Below, piece by piece: positions 30,931-41,688 of a stretch of 64,000 bases of DNA; position 1 is the stretch's first letter; each line of letters opens with the position of its first letter. The stretch is taken from positions 148,895 to 212,894 of the forward strand of contig CAVUZC010000006.1 in the NCBI GenBank assembly GCA_963745965.1. Reading direction: 5' to 3'. The stretch comes from an uncultured Acidobacteriota bacterium. GTDB lineage: Bacteria; Acidobacteriota; Terriglobia; Terriglobales; Acidobacteriaceae. The notes under the pieces were generated by a model. That model saw only the letters and a program-made list of their open reading frames with translations, was not told the DNA's origin and made no database searches. Made by a program: the position numbers and the translations under genes.

Positions 30931-31452
30931 ATGCGTTTGCAGGCAATGGCGAAGGTGATCATGGGCGCGGCGATGATGGTCGCGCTGGGTATGTCCGGCT
31001 CAGCGGCGGCGCAATCCAAAGCGGACACCGTGCTGAAACCGGCCGATCTCGCAAAGGTGTTTCCGCCCAATGTCTATTACGACGGGCAGAGCGCGCCGGT
31101 GCAGATGCGCAACACCGGCGGCGTCAAGTTTGCCGATGGCCACGCCATGATGGCCGGCCTGGTTGACACCAGCGGATACTCGAACGGCATTGCGGCCAAG
31201 TACCAGGGCTATCTGATCACCGAAGTCCCGCTCAAGATCGGTGGCAAGCACCTGCCCTTTGGCGCGTATGGCTTCGGCTTCCTCGATGACGGAAAGTTTG
31301 TGGTGACGGACCTTGGCGGCAACGACGTGCTCTCGGTGCCTTCAGCGAAAGACGCGGTCATCGCGCGTCCGCGGCCCCTCGAAGTCACCACCGATCCTGC
31401 CGGCGGCTTCCGCCTCTACTCCGGCCGCACCTACGTTGAATTCAGCCGGTAG
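30931..31452 (+). CDS. Secreted hypothetical protein (paralog of 35379-35882)
   Basis: Signal peptide; AGLVDTSGYS...KY..YLI...P..IGG..L..G.Y.FG shared with the paralog. Confidence 0.7.
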   Translation: MRLQAMAKVIMGAAMMVALGMSGSAAAQSKADTVLKPADLAKVFPPNVYYDGQSAPVQMRNTGGVKFADGHAMMAGLVDTSGYSNGIAAKYQGYLITEVPLKIGGKHLPFGAYGFGFLDDGKFVVTDLGGNDVLSVPSAKDAVIARPRPLEVTTDPAGGFRLYSGRTYVEFSR

Positions 31453-31550
31453 GAAAGAGAAGCTGTGTACTTTCTCGGCGCGCGCGGATCGTCGGCAGCA
31501 TCGGACAGAATGACGGTCCAAAAAACGATCTGGCGTGCAGGGAATGAATT

Positions 31551-31601
31551 TGTAGCGCCGGTCTCCAGACCGGCTGTCGTGCGGGCGTCCACGCCCGCAC
31601 A
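31551..31601. repeat. GTAG-tagged REP doublet (family A), copy 2
   Basis: TGTAGCGCCGGTCTCCAGACCGGCTGTCGTGCGGGCGTCCACGCCCGCACA. Confidence 0.8.
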
Positions 31602-31659
31602 TTGGAATCTTGGGACGGCTAATCCCTTGCCAGGCCCCGCGCTCCGAACTTCGGCAATC

Positions 31660-34576
31660 TTGATTTCCTTCCTTGTCGCCTGCGCCGTGGCCCTCGCGCT
31701 CGAACCCTCCAATCCTCTCGCCAATTACGGACGGCAGCCCTGGGCCATGGAAAACGGCCTGCCGCAAAACACCGTCCAGGCCCTCGCGCAAACGCAGGAT
31801 GGATTCCTGTGGCTGGGCACGGAAGCGGGACTGGTCCGCTTCGACGGCGTCGAGTTTGAAACCTACGACCGCAACTCCAATCCCGCCCTGCCCGGCAACG
31901 ATATTCGTGCCCTGCTCGCATCCAAAGACGGAGCTTTGTGGATCGGGACGAATGCGGGCCTCGCGCGGTGGAAGGGCGGCGCGGTTCGTGTGTTCACGAC
32001 GAGCGACGGTCTGCCCGCGAACGGAATTCTGGCGCTCAGTGAAGAGGCGAACGGCGCTCTCGATATTTGGACCGAGCAGGGCGCGGCGCTGATGGAAGGA
32101 AACGCATTTGTGCCTTTGACGAATGCCGGCGGGTTTCCTCCGACTGCGTTTCCCTCGCCGGGAGAGTATCCCGCCGCGACGATTTTCGAGGCGCATATGG
32201 CGAACGGCATTTTGCTGATGGGCAATCGCAGCACTCTGCATTCTGCGCCGAACAAAAAATCTCAAAGCGACGCCATCCATCTGGCAGTTGGCAAGGAACT
32301 TCCCGGCACCCGCATCCAGGCCATTCTCACTGACCGCCAAGGCGCGCTCTGGATCGGCACCAATGCCGGCCTCGTACGTTGGGTCAACGGTAAAGTCGAG
32401 CGCTTTCCAGTCACCGATCCGCTGGCCACCGCATCCATCCTCGCGCTGATGGAAGACCGCGAAGGCAATCTGTGGGTCGGCACCGAAACCGCCGGCCTCG
32501 ACATCCTGCGCGATCAGCGCTTCCGCACCCTCGACACGCGCGACGGCCTGCCTTCCGATCGCATCACTACCGTCGTCGAAGACGCAGCCGGAATGCTCTG
32601 GGCAGGCACGCAATCGGATGGCGTAATCGCGCTGCGCCGCGACGAAAGCACTGCGTCAGGCTGGCGTGTCGTGCGCACTCTCACCGTCGAAAACGGAGTG
32701 GTCAGCAACGTCATCCTCTCGCTGGCCGCGGCGCCGAACGGCGATCTGTGGGTGGGCACGCCCGATGGCCTCAACCGCATCCACAGCAATCGTGTGGACG
32801 TCTTCACTTCGGCCGATGGATTGCCCGACGACTTCATCCGTTCGCTGCTCATCGATAAAGATGGCTCGCTCTGGATCGGCACGCGGCGCGGATTGACGCA
32901 TTGGATCATGGGCAGCGACGCTCAGCCCACGGCGCAGATGCAAACGTATACGCACGCGAATGGCCTGGGCAGCGACCTGGTAGGAGCGATGGTTCGCGAC
33001 ACAAGCGGCGATCTATGGATCGCGACTCTGGCCGGCCTCTCGCGGCTGCACCAAAATAAAATCTCCAACTTCACCACTGCGGACGGACTTTCGAGCAACG
33101 TAATCACGGCGCTTCTACCGCGCAGCGACGGCACGCTGCTGATCGGCACGCAAGACCACGGCTGGGACATGTGGGATGGGCACAAGTTCACGGCGGCGAT
33201 GCACAACGGACTCGACCAGACCACGATTCACGCCATTCTCGACGATGGCATTGGTCATCTCTGGTTCGCGACGGGCAACGGCATTGCACGATGCGATTGC
33301 AACGCCATGCGCGGAGCCGGTCCCGGTGAAATGTGCTCGCACTGGATGGAATTCAGCACCGCCGACGGGCTGCACAGCCGCGAGACCGCGACCAACAGCC
33401 ATCCATCGGCTTGGCGCGCGCACGACGGGCGCCTGTGGTTTGCCACGCCCAAGGGGCTGGTCGAAGTCGATCCCGCGCATTTTCCCGTGAATACGCTTCC
33501 GCCCGATGTCGCGCTTGAGAGATTTGCAGTAGACGACGTCGCCCAACCGCTGCGCGGAGCGGGCTTATGGTTGAGAGTCTCCGCAGGACACGTTCATTTT
33601 GAATTCGACTACGCTGGCCTGAGTTTCGTTGCGCCGCAAAAAGTGCGCTACCGCTATATGCTCGAGGGCTTCGACCGCAGCATGGACCGAAGCCGGCACG
33701 CGCCGCGCAGCGTATTACACCAACATTCCGCCGGGCCGCTACACCTTCCGCGTGCAGGCCGCAAACAACGACGGCGTGTGGAACACAACCGGCACGACGC
33801 TCAGCTTCGAGCTGCGCCCGCACTTCTATCAGACCCTGTGGTTTTACCTGTTGCTGCTGGCCATCGCAGCGGCTGCGGTCGTCACGCTCTTGCGGGGCCG
33901 GCTGCGGCGCGCGCAGCGCGAGTTCCAGGTGATGCTTGGCGAGCGCAGCCGAATCGCGCGGGAGATTCATGATACGCTGGCGCAGGGTTATGCCGGTGTG
34001 TCGGTGCAGTTGGAGGTCCTTGCTGAATTGCTGCGCCAACATAGAGTCGATGCCGCCGCCAGCCAGCTCGACAAAGCCCGCGATACCGTGCGCCATGGCC
34101 TCGCGGATGCGCGGCAATCGATTTGGGCGCTGCGCACGCAGGATGCGGGCGAGACCACGCTGCCTGTGAAGCTGCGGCGCATGGCGGAGGCAGCCGGAGG
34201 CAACGGCCTGACAGTCGAATTCAGTTTGTTTGGCGCCTATCGCGCGCTGCCCGCGGAGACAGAGAAGGAAGTGGCTCGCATCGCACAGGAAGCGATTCAT
34301 AATGTGAAGAAGCACGCCGGAGCCACGCGTATTTCCGTCCAACTGGAGTATGGAACGGAAACCATCGCGCTCGAAGTGAGCGACAATGGGCGCGGCGGCG
34401 CATCCGGGCACACGGCCGGCCCCGCACGCGGCCACTTCGGGCTGACCGGAATGAAGGAACGCGCAGCGGCAATCGGCGGAACGCTGGAAGTTGTGAGCGC
34501 GTCCGGCGAGGGAACCACTGTAAGATTAAACGCGCCGGCGCGGAGCAAAGTGCGCGAGCAGAGGTCGGAACGGTGA
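31660..34576 (+). CDS. Sensor histidine kinase with Reg_prop beta-propeller, Y_Y_Y, TM, HisKA_3 and HATPase domains; frameshift near 33680; start approximate
   Basis: GLPQNTVQALAQTQDGFLWLGTEAGLVRFDG, repeated DxxGxLWIGT, KVRYRYMLEGFD / YTNIPPGRYTFRVQAAN, ERSRIAREIHDTLAQG, EAIHNVKKHA, SDNGRG, GHFGLTGMKER. Confidence 0.9.
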
Positions 34577-35223
34577 CGACAAAATCAATTCGAGTCCTGG
34601 TTGTCGAAGACCACAACGTGGTGCGCGAAGGATTGGTGGCTCTGCTGAACGTTGCGGACGGCCTTGAAGTTGTGGGCCAGGCGGCCGATGGCGCGGAGGC
34701 CGTCGCGCAGTTCCGCAAGCATCATCCCGACATCACGCTGATCGATCTGCGGCTGCCACGGATGAGCGGCGTGGATGTGATCGAGCGCGTGCGCATGGAG
34801 ACGCCCCATGCGCGCTTCATCGTGCTTACCACCTACGACGGCGATGAAGACATCTACCGCGCACTCAAGGCCGGCGCGCGCGCGTACCTGCTCAAGGGCA
34901 TGACGAGCGAGGAGCTCATCGGCACCATTCGCTCGGTTCACGCGGGCAAATCGTATATTCCGCCGGCGATCGCCGAACGGCTGGCCGAGCGCATGGGCGC
35001 GCAGGATCTCACGCCGCGCGAGTTCGAAGTGCTGGAGCAAATCGTGCACGGCAAGAGCAACAAGGAGATTGCGGCCGCGCTCGAAGTTTCAGAGGCAACG
35101 GTGAAAACGCATATTAACAGCCTGCTTGGAAAGTTGGGCGTGACGGACCGGACACAGGCGGCCACAGCGGCGATTCAGCGCGGCATTGTTCCGCTGGAGT
35201 CGTTAAGAAAGCCGAAGTCATGA
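34573..35223 (+). CDS. NarL/LuxR family response regulator
   Basis: VLVVEDH, PDITLIDLRLP, LTTYDGDEDI, LTPREFEVL...SNKEIA...TVKTH HTH. Confidence 0.95.
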   Translation: MTTKSIRVLVVEDHNVVREGLVALLNVADGLEVVGQAADGAEAVAQFRKHHPDITLIDLRLPRMSGVDVIERVRMETPHARFIVLTTYDGDEDIYRALKAGARAYLLKGMTSEELIGTIRSVHAGKSYIPPAIAERLAERMGAQDLTPREFEVLEQIVHGKSNKEIAAALEVSEATVKTHINSLLGKLGVTDRTQAATAAIQRGIVPLESLRKPKS

Positions 35224-35255
35224 TGAGAGCGTGTTTCAAAAGCCGGTTTTGTAAC

Positions 35256-35314
35256 AAGGGCACGGCTTTAGCCGGGCCGAAGAACGCAGGGAAATCATGG
35301 GGCTTCAGCCCCTG
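35256..35314. repeat. Palindromic REP-like repeat (family C), copy 1
   Basis: AAGGGCACGGCTTTAGCCGGGCCG...GGGGCTTCAGCCCCTG; similar to 57954-58013. Confidence 0.65.
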
Positions 35315-35378
35315 CGAAACAATAACCGGAATCTACACAATCATTTTTGAAGGCCGCAAGAACACGATCAAGAGCGCG

Positions 35379-35882
35379 ATGGTCTGCGGAGTCCTTTTTT
35401 TTCTGGCGGCGCTACCGGCGCCAGCCCAGAAATCCACATGGCGTCAGGCCACGCCCGCGGAGCTGCAATCCGTGCTGCCCTCGCGTGCGCCCGTCGAAAG
35501 CGAGCACATCGAGACGGAGATGCGCACGGCTTCCGGGATTGTCGATGAGCACGGGCGCTTTATCGCCGGAGTCGTACTGATCACGGCGGGCTACTCGGCG
35601 GAGGGCAAATACTCGCACTACCTCATCGTGCAGGCCCCGGTGGAGATTGGCGGCGTCGCGCTCAAGCCCGGCGAATACGCCTTCGGATGGACCCGCGAGG
35701 ACGGCGGCGACACGCTGACCGTTCACTTCAATCAGGCGGCGACGGGCGCACTGGTGGGAACCACGGATGCGCACCGCATCGCCGGTCCGGGCCGCGTCGA
35801 GAGCCTGCGCATCTGGCCGCCGGAAGATAAGTCGATTATCCAGATCGGCCGCTTTGCGATTCCCTACAAGCTGGGCAAATAA
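35379..35882 (+). CDS. Secreted hypothetical protein (paralog of 30931-31452); start approximate
   Basis: Signal-like VLFFLAALPAPAQ; ITAGYSAEGKYSHYLIVQAPVEIGGVALKPGEYAFGW. Confidence 0.7.
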   Translation: MVCGVLFFLAALPAPAQKSTWRQATPAELQSVLPSRAPVESEHIETEMRTASGIVDEHGRFIAGVVLITAGYSAEGKYSHYLIVQAPVEIGGVALKPGEYAFGWTREDGGDTLTVHFNQAATGALVGTTDAHRIAGPGRVESLRIWPPEDKSIIQIGRFAIPYKLGK

Positions 35883-36035
35883 CTGGGGCAGACACGCGTT
35901 GTCCGCATTGCCAGCCCATACCTTTAGTCACTCTGTCCCGCCTTCTTGTTCCCTCGGTCCCTTGTTCCCTGGTTCCCTGCTTCTCCACCTTTCGGTCGAT
36001 CCTGCCATCCCTCCCCGCCTCGTATACTTTCTGCC

Positions 36036-37933
36036 ATGCGTCTTTCCCCGCGTGCTTCCCTCTTCCTAGTTCTGATTCTGACGACTGCCCCCGCGCTGCT
36101 CTTGTCACAGGCGGCAGATTCCGGCACTCCCGACTTCCGGCCATTCCAGCGCACCCACTGCGCAGGATGCGCAGTCGCCATCAACCGGCGGCGAGGCCAC
36201 CGGCCCGCCGCAGCCCGCGCAATTCGACGAGCAGCACCGGCCCATCACCGCAGGCGGATTTGTGAAGAGCGGCCCGGTGATCTTCGAGGACATCTCCGAG
36301 AAGGCCGGCCTCACGCACTGGACCCACAAGATGGGCACCAAGGAAAAGAAGTACATCATCGAGACCAACGGCTCGGGCGTTTGCCTCATCGATTACGACA
36401 ACGACGGATGGCTCGACATCTACGTCGTCAACGGCTCGACCTTCGATGCCCTCGACGGCAAGGAGACGCCGCCGCACGCCGCGCTCTTCCACAACAACCA
36501 CGACGGCACCTTCACCGACGTGAGCGCCAAGGCCGGCGTGACCAACGACCGCTGGGGATTTGGCTGCGCGGTGGCCGACTACGACAACGACGGCTGGCCC
36601 GATCTCTACGTGACGAACTGGGGCAAGAACCGCCTCTACCACAACAACCACAACGGCACCTTCACCGACGTTGCCGAAAAAGCTGGCGTGACGCTGGGTA
36701 ACTGGTCCACCGGGCCCACGTGGGGCGATTACGACGGCGACGGGCGGCTCGACTTGTTTGTGCCCGGCTACGTGCACTTCGACCGCGACAATCTTCCCTC
36801 AGGCGGCGCCAATGGAGTGCCGGATACGTTCTGCACCTTCCGCGGCGTCGCGGTCAATTGCGGGCCGCGCGGCCTGAAGGGCGAGCCCGATCATCTCTTC
36901 CACAACAATGGCGACGGCACATTTACCGACGTGAGCGAAAAGGCCGGCGTGGCCGACGATCCCGGCTACTACGGGTTGAGCTCGCTCTTTGTCGATATCA
37001 ACAACGACGGCAAGGTCGACCTGCTCGTCGCCGATGACTCCACTCCGAACTATCTCTACCTGAACAAGGGTGACGGAACCTTCGACGATGTGAGCTATCA
37101 GTCGGGCTATGCCGTGAACGAGGCGGGGCGCGAAACCGCATCGATGGGCATTGCCGCCGGCGACTTCCAGAACAACGGCATGGTCGACATCTTCAACACC
37201 ACTTTCTCCGACGATTACAAGCCGCTCTATCGCAACGAGGGCGACGCCAACCTTACTGACATCAGTTTCCAGTTGGGCATCGCCAGCATCTCGGTGCCCT
37301 TTCTCGGATGGGGCGACGCATTCTTCGATTACGACAACGACGGCTGGAAGGACCTGATGATGGCTGACGGCCATGTTTATCCGCAAGTGGACCAGCACCC
37401 GTGGGGCACAACGCTGGGCTCAACGGCCCATGCTCTTCCACAACGTCGCCGGCAAAAAGTTTGAAGCGGTTCCGGCCGTCGAAGGCTCCGGCCTTGCCGA
37501 TGTGATCTCCGGACGCGGCATGGCCGTGGGCGATCTGTTCAACGACGGCAAGCTCGACGTCGTCATCAACGTAATGGACGGCCACCCCGTGCTCCTGCGC
37601 AACGTGAGCCCCGACCACAATCACTGGCTGGAACTGAAGCTGGTGGGCGGCGCAGGCAGCCCGCGCGACGCCATCGGTGCCACGGTGTACCTGACGGCCA
37701 ACGGCATGAGGCAGCGCGAAGATGTACTGAGCGGCGGCAGCTACTGCTCATCCAGCGACCCGCGTCCGCACTTCGGGCTGGGCCAGGCCACAAAGGTCGA
37801 TGACATCGAAGTGCATTGGCCCAGCGGCAAGGTGGAGCACTTCACCGTGCCCGGCGTGGACCGTATCGTGACCATCACCGAAGGCACCGGCAAGGAGAAA
37901 ACCCCGGCTCCCTCAATAGCCGCGCAACAGTGA
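36036..37933 (+). CDS. CRTAC1-like FG-GAP + ASPIC/UnbV protein (paralog 2); frameshifts near 36150-36260 and 37420
   Basis: Closely similar to paralog 1 (GPVIFEDISEKAGLTHWTH, CGPRGLKGEPDHLFHNNGDG, GGSYCSSSDPRPHFGLG). Confidence 0.9.
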
Positions 37934-37963
37934 AGCTGGGCGCACGATCGGTGGTCGCATGAG

Positions 37964-38014
37964 TGTAGCGCCGGTCTCCTGACCGGCTGTCGTGCGGGCG
38001 TCCTCGCCCGCACA
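37964..38014. repeat. GTAG-tagged REP doublet (family A), copy 3
   Basis: TGTAGCGCCGGTCTCCTGACCGGCTGTCGTGCGGGCGTCCTCGCCCGCACA; two mismatches relative to copy 2; lies between convergent genes. Confidence 0.8.
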
Positions 38015-38040
38015 AGAAGACACGCGAATTGGCTAGGTAG

Positions 38041-38874
38041 CTAAAACAGCACCCGCGTCGTAATCGCGATCTCGTGGTTATAGGTGTGGAAGTGGGTGGC
38101 CGCGATCTGTTCGCCCGCGCCCATGCAAATTCCTAACCGGCTGTGAGCCTCGCCGGGATGAATCCTGCGCGCCACAAGCAATCCGGGCGTGGCGAAGGTC
38201 ATGTTCTTGCCGTCGTTCGCGCCACCCGCAAACCATGTGGAGTTAATTTCAACCTCCGGCCAAAAATATTTGGCCAGATGAACCTGACCCGCAGTGTTCG
38301 ACGCAATCGTGCGCCCCAATGTGGCCGTATCCATCACCGGCAGGTTCGCGCCCAGCGTGCTCTGCAAGTCGAAAATCCCGAAGCCTTTGCCGAAGCCTAC
38401 ATTCGGAGACACGGTCGCGTCGGCGCTGCCATTTTTGTAGCTCCCCGTAGGAATCGTGGACGACAGGAAGGCGCTGACGTCGTAATTTCCGTGCTCCGCG
38501 CCGCCGCAGAGCGGCCGGTACTTCAGCACGAACGACATATCGCCCGCCCCGTTCGCCACTGTCGCACGGCTGTGCTCAAAATAGCCCGGGAGATTGACGT
38601 CCAATTCAGTATTTGCCACGGGAATCAGGTTGAGCCCCTTGCTTCCGTCCAGATTCCAGGTCTCGACTCCGTTCGAAGCCGTCTGTCGAATGAAATCCGC
38701 TCGATACACCTGGATCAGGCCGACATAGGTTGTGATGAGAGGCGGCGGCCACGCGGGCTGCCGCGCCTGGGTCTGGCTCGCGCGCTGCTCCCATTGCGCA
38801 ATGAAGTTTTGTTGCGCAACCAGCGGAGCAGACAGAGTGAGAACTGCAAGGGTGGCGAAGAATTTCTTTTGCAT
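38041..38874 (-). CDS. Secreted probable outer-membrane beta-barrel protein
   Basis: Signal peptide MQKKFFATLAVL..., NGAGDMSFVLKY, IPTGS, alternating strands, terminal Phe (ITTRVLF). Confidence 0.6.
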   Translation of the reverse strand: MQKKFFATLAVLTLSAPLVAQQNFIAQWEQRASQTQARQPAWPPPLITTYVGLIQVYRADFIRQTASNGVETWNLDGSKGLNLIPVANTELDVNLPGYFEHSRATVANGAGDMSFVLKYRPLCGGAEHGNYDVSAFLSSTIPTGSYKNGSADATVSPNVGFGKGFGIFDLQSTLGANLPVMDTATLGRTIASNTAGQVHLAKYFWPEVEINSTWFAGGANDGKNMTFATPGLLVARRIHPGEAHSRLGICMGAGEQIAATHFHTYNHEIAITTRVLF

Positions 38875-39088
38875 GAGGCCTCGTTCGGGGAAAATGGACG
38901 AATTCAAGCGAAGATAACAAGCCGCGTGGGAACCAACAACCAACTTTAGGTGGAGAAAGCGGTCCATCCTGCCTTGAAAGCCCGAGGTGACCACCGCGCG
39001 GCGCGCCGTCTCCACCCTTCGGTGGAGATTTTCCCTCGCCCATTTCCCGATGCCTGGACCCTCCAATTAAACTTAAGCTGACTCAACG

Positions 39089-41332
39089 ATGCTTCCCCGC
39101 GTCTCCTTCCCACAATTCGTGCGCATTGCCGGCAGCATCACATTTGCCGCGGCATGTGCCTGTGCTCTCATGACGTGGTGCACGCGCCCAGCCCGCGCGC
39201 AGGACGATCCTGCCGGGGCCCGGGCAGCCTACTCCCAGAGCGTTGCCGAGCATTACAACCTTCCCTTCGGCACCGACAAGCCCTTCCTGCCGTCGTACGC
39301 CACTACGGATACCGGCCAGTTCATCGATCCCAAAAGTTTTCCTACGGCCGAGTATTGTGGCCACTGCCATCAACAGGCCTACGCCGAGTGGCGGCAAACC
39401 GTGCACGCCAATGCGTTCCGCAATCTGTGGTACAGAAAGAACGTCAATCTGCTCATCAATGAGCGCGGCATCGAATACACGCGCCACTGCGAGGGCTGCC
39501 ATAATCCCATTGCGCTCGTCTCCGGCGCGCTCACCACGGGCTCGCCCATCGACCGCCATTTCGATACCGACGCCATCACCTGCTCCGTCTGCCACTCCAT
39601 TCAGCAGGTGAATACCCGCGGCACAGGCAGTTATGTCCTCGCCCAGCCAGCCGTGATGGTCGACGCCGATGGCAAGCCCATCTACGGCCCAGTCTCCGAC
39701 AAGGACATCCTGACGCATCTAGATCGCCACTCCAAAGCGGTGATGAAGGACTTCTACCGCACCAGCGAGTTCTGCAGCGCGTGCCACAAAGCTGCTCTCC
39801 CTCGCATGTTGAATCACTACAAATGGCAGCGCGCGATCTTCCTCTACGACGAGTGGCAGCAAGCCTCGTTCTCCAAACAGAACCCCCTTCCCTTCTACGT
39901 GAAGGATCAGGTCTCCACCTGCCAGACCTGCCACATGCCGCGCGAAGCCGTCACCATGCAGGACTACGGCGCCGAAGACGGCAAGATCGCATCGCATCGC
40001 TGGCTCGGCGGCAACACGCTGCTTTACAAGTACTACGGCTACGACGAGCAGCTTCAGAAAGCCATCGACTTCTTGAAAAATGGCCCGCAAAAAATTGGCG
40101 TGCTCAACGTCGATCTCTTCGCGCTCCAGCGCAATGGCGGCAAGCTCATCGCTCCACTGGGTGGCGAGTCCTACGATGTTGCTGCAGGCGACGTGCTCAC
40201 AGTTTCAGTCGTCATCCAGAACAAGGGCATCGGGCACTCGCTCATCCCCGAGCAGCGCGACTTCTACGAGTGCTGGGTGGAGTTCGAGGCCAAGGACGCA
40301 GCCGGGCACACCCTGATGCATTCGGGAGGCCTTCTTCCCGACGGCTCACTCGATCCCACCGCGCACAGTTTCACCAACCGCCTCGTCAACGTGCACGGCA
40401 CACTCAACGATCTGCACCAGGTGTGGGACACGCGTGTCATCGCCTACAACAACACCATCGCCTCGGGCCGCTCGCAGATCGTGCGCTATCAATTCAAGGT
40501 TCCCGAAGACGCCGCCGGTCCCATCACGATCACCGCCAAAGTGAATTACCGCCGCTTCAATCAACACTTCATCGACTTTGTAATGGGACGGCACTACGAA
40601 GACATGCCCATCGTGGAGATGGCTTCGCGCACGCGTACCATTGCGCTCGGCACGAACGCCGCCGCTCCTCCCGATCCCGCGGACAATCCGGAGTGGATGC
40701 GCTGGAACAACTACGGTATCGGCTTGCTCGACGCACAGCAGTACGCCGAGAGCGACCAGGCATTCGAGCGCGTTGCCCAGTTGCGGCCCACCTATGCCGA
40801 TGCGCAGACCAACGTCGCCGTCGCTGACTTCTCATGGCAGCGCTACGGCGATGCCCGCGACCATCTCGGCAAGGCTCTAGTGTTGGCTCCGCACAATGCC
40901 CGCGCGCTTTACTATCTGGCGCTCGTGGAGCGAATCCAGGGCCATCCCGACGCCGCCATCGCCGACCTGCTCGAAGTCATTACGCAATTCCCGCGCTCGC
41001 GCGACGCGCACCGCGAACTCGGCTTCTCCTTCTATCAACAACACAAATATCAGGAAGCGCGCGCTGAGTACGAGGCGGTGCAATCGATCGACCCCGACGA
41101 TCTCTCCGCGCATTACATTCTCTCGATCGTCTACCGCCGTCTGCACATGAAAGACAAAGCCGCCATCGAAGCCGCCGCCTTCGCTGACCAGAAGGACGAT
41201 CCCACGGCGAACGTCTACGCGCTCGAATTCCTGCGCAAACATCCTGAAGTGACCGCCGAGAGCGTGCCCTGGCATATTCACAGCAACGTGGAGACCAAGC
41301 ACGCGGAACATGGAGAAGGAAGCGGTCAATGA
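39089..41332 (+). CDS. Pentaheme cytochrome c (c554/c552-like) fused to C-terminal TPR repeats
   Basis: Five CxxCH motifs: CGHCH, CEGCH, CSVCH, CSACH, CQTCH; SHRWLGGN; TPR-like WNNYGIGLL, ALYYLALV, AHRELGFSF; N-terminal signal. Confidence 0.88.
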   Translation: MLPRVSFPQFVRIAGSITFAAACACALMTWCTRPARAQDDPAGARAAYSQSVAEHYNLPFGTDKPFLPSYATTDTGQFIDPKSFPTAEYCGHCHQQAYAEWRQTVHANAFRNLWYRKNVNLLINERGIEYTRHCEGCHNPIALVSGALTTGSPIDRHFDTDAITCSVCHSIQQVNTRGTGSYVLAQPAVMVDADGKPIYGPVSDKDILTHLDRHSKAVMKDFYRTSEFCSACHKAALPRMLNHYKWQRAIFLYDEWQQASFSKQNPLPFYVKDQVSTCQTCHMPREAVTMQDYGAEDGKIASHRWLGGNTLLYKYYGYDEQLQKAIDFLKNGPQKIGVLNVDLFALQRNGGKLIAPLGGESYDVAAGDVLTVSVVIQNKGIGHSLIPEQRDFYECWVEFEAKDAAGHTLMHSGGLLPDGSLDPTAHSFTNRLVNVHGTLNDLHQVWDTRVIAYNNTIASGRSQIVRYQFKVPEDAAGPITITAKVNYRRFNQHFIDFVMGRHYEDMPIVEMASRTRTIALGTNAAAPPDPADNPEWMRWNNYGIGLLDAQQYAESDQAFERVAQLRPTYADAQTNVAVADFSWQRYGDARDHLGKALVLAPHNARALYYLALVERIQGHPDAAIADLLEVITQFPRSRDAHRELGFSFYQQHKYQEARAEYEAVQSIDPDDLSAHYILSIVYRRLHMKDKAAIEAAAFADQKDDPTANVYALEFLRKHPEVTAESVPWHIHSNVETKHAEHGEGSGQ

Positions 41333-41682
41333 AGTTGCGGTTTGCGGTTTTTCTCCTGGTGTTTGCCTGTGCTTCCTTTGCATTCGCATCCTCCCGCGGC
41401 AAGCGGGAACGCGGCGCCGCAGTTTTTCAGGCAACGGGCTGCCAGCACTGCCACACCATCAACAGGGTCGGCGGCCATAAAGGTCCCGACCTTTCTGATG
41501 TAGGCAGACGCCTGCCGAAATCCGCCATGCGAGAGCAAATCGTGCATGGCAGCAAGGTGATGCCGGCCTTCAAAGACGTTCTCGCGCCCGACGAAATCAA
41601 GGATCTAATCGCTTATCTGCACTCCTGCCGCAAAAAGCCGACCGAACCCCCGCCGAGTTCCAGCCAGTCTATGGGCAATTGA
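41329..41682 (+). CDS. Monoheme cytochrome c
   Basis: Signal peptide, GCQHCH, GPDLS, VMPAF, DLIAYL; ATGA overlap with the upstream gene. Confidence 0.9.
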   Translation: MKLRFAVFLLVFACASFAFASSRGKRERGAAVFQATGCQHCHTINRVGGHKGPDLSDVGRRLPKSAMREQIVHGSKVMPAFKDVLAPDEIKDLIAYLHSCRKKPTEPPPSSSQSMGN

Positions 41683-41688
41683 TTCGCA

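Noticed and set aside
28600-37400. CRISPR-like or tandem DNA repeats (GACTACGACAACGACGG, AACCACGACGGCACCTTCACCGACGT)
   Set aside because: These are coding repeats of FG-GAP blades inside CRTAC1-like genes, irregularly spaced, with no cas genes.
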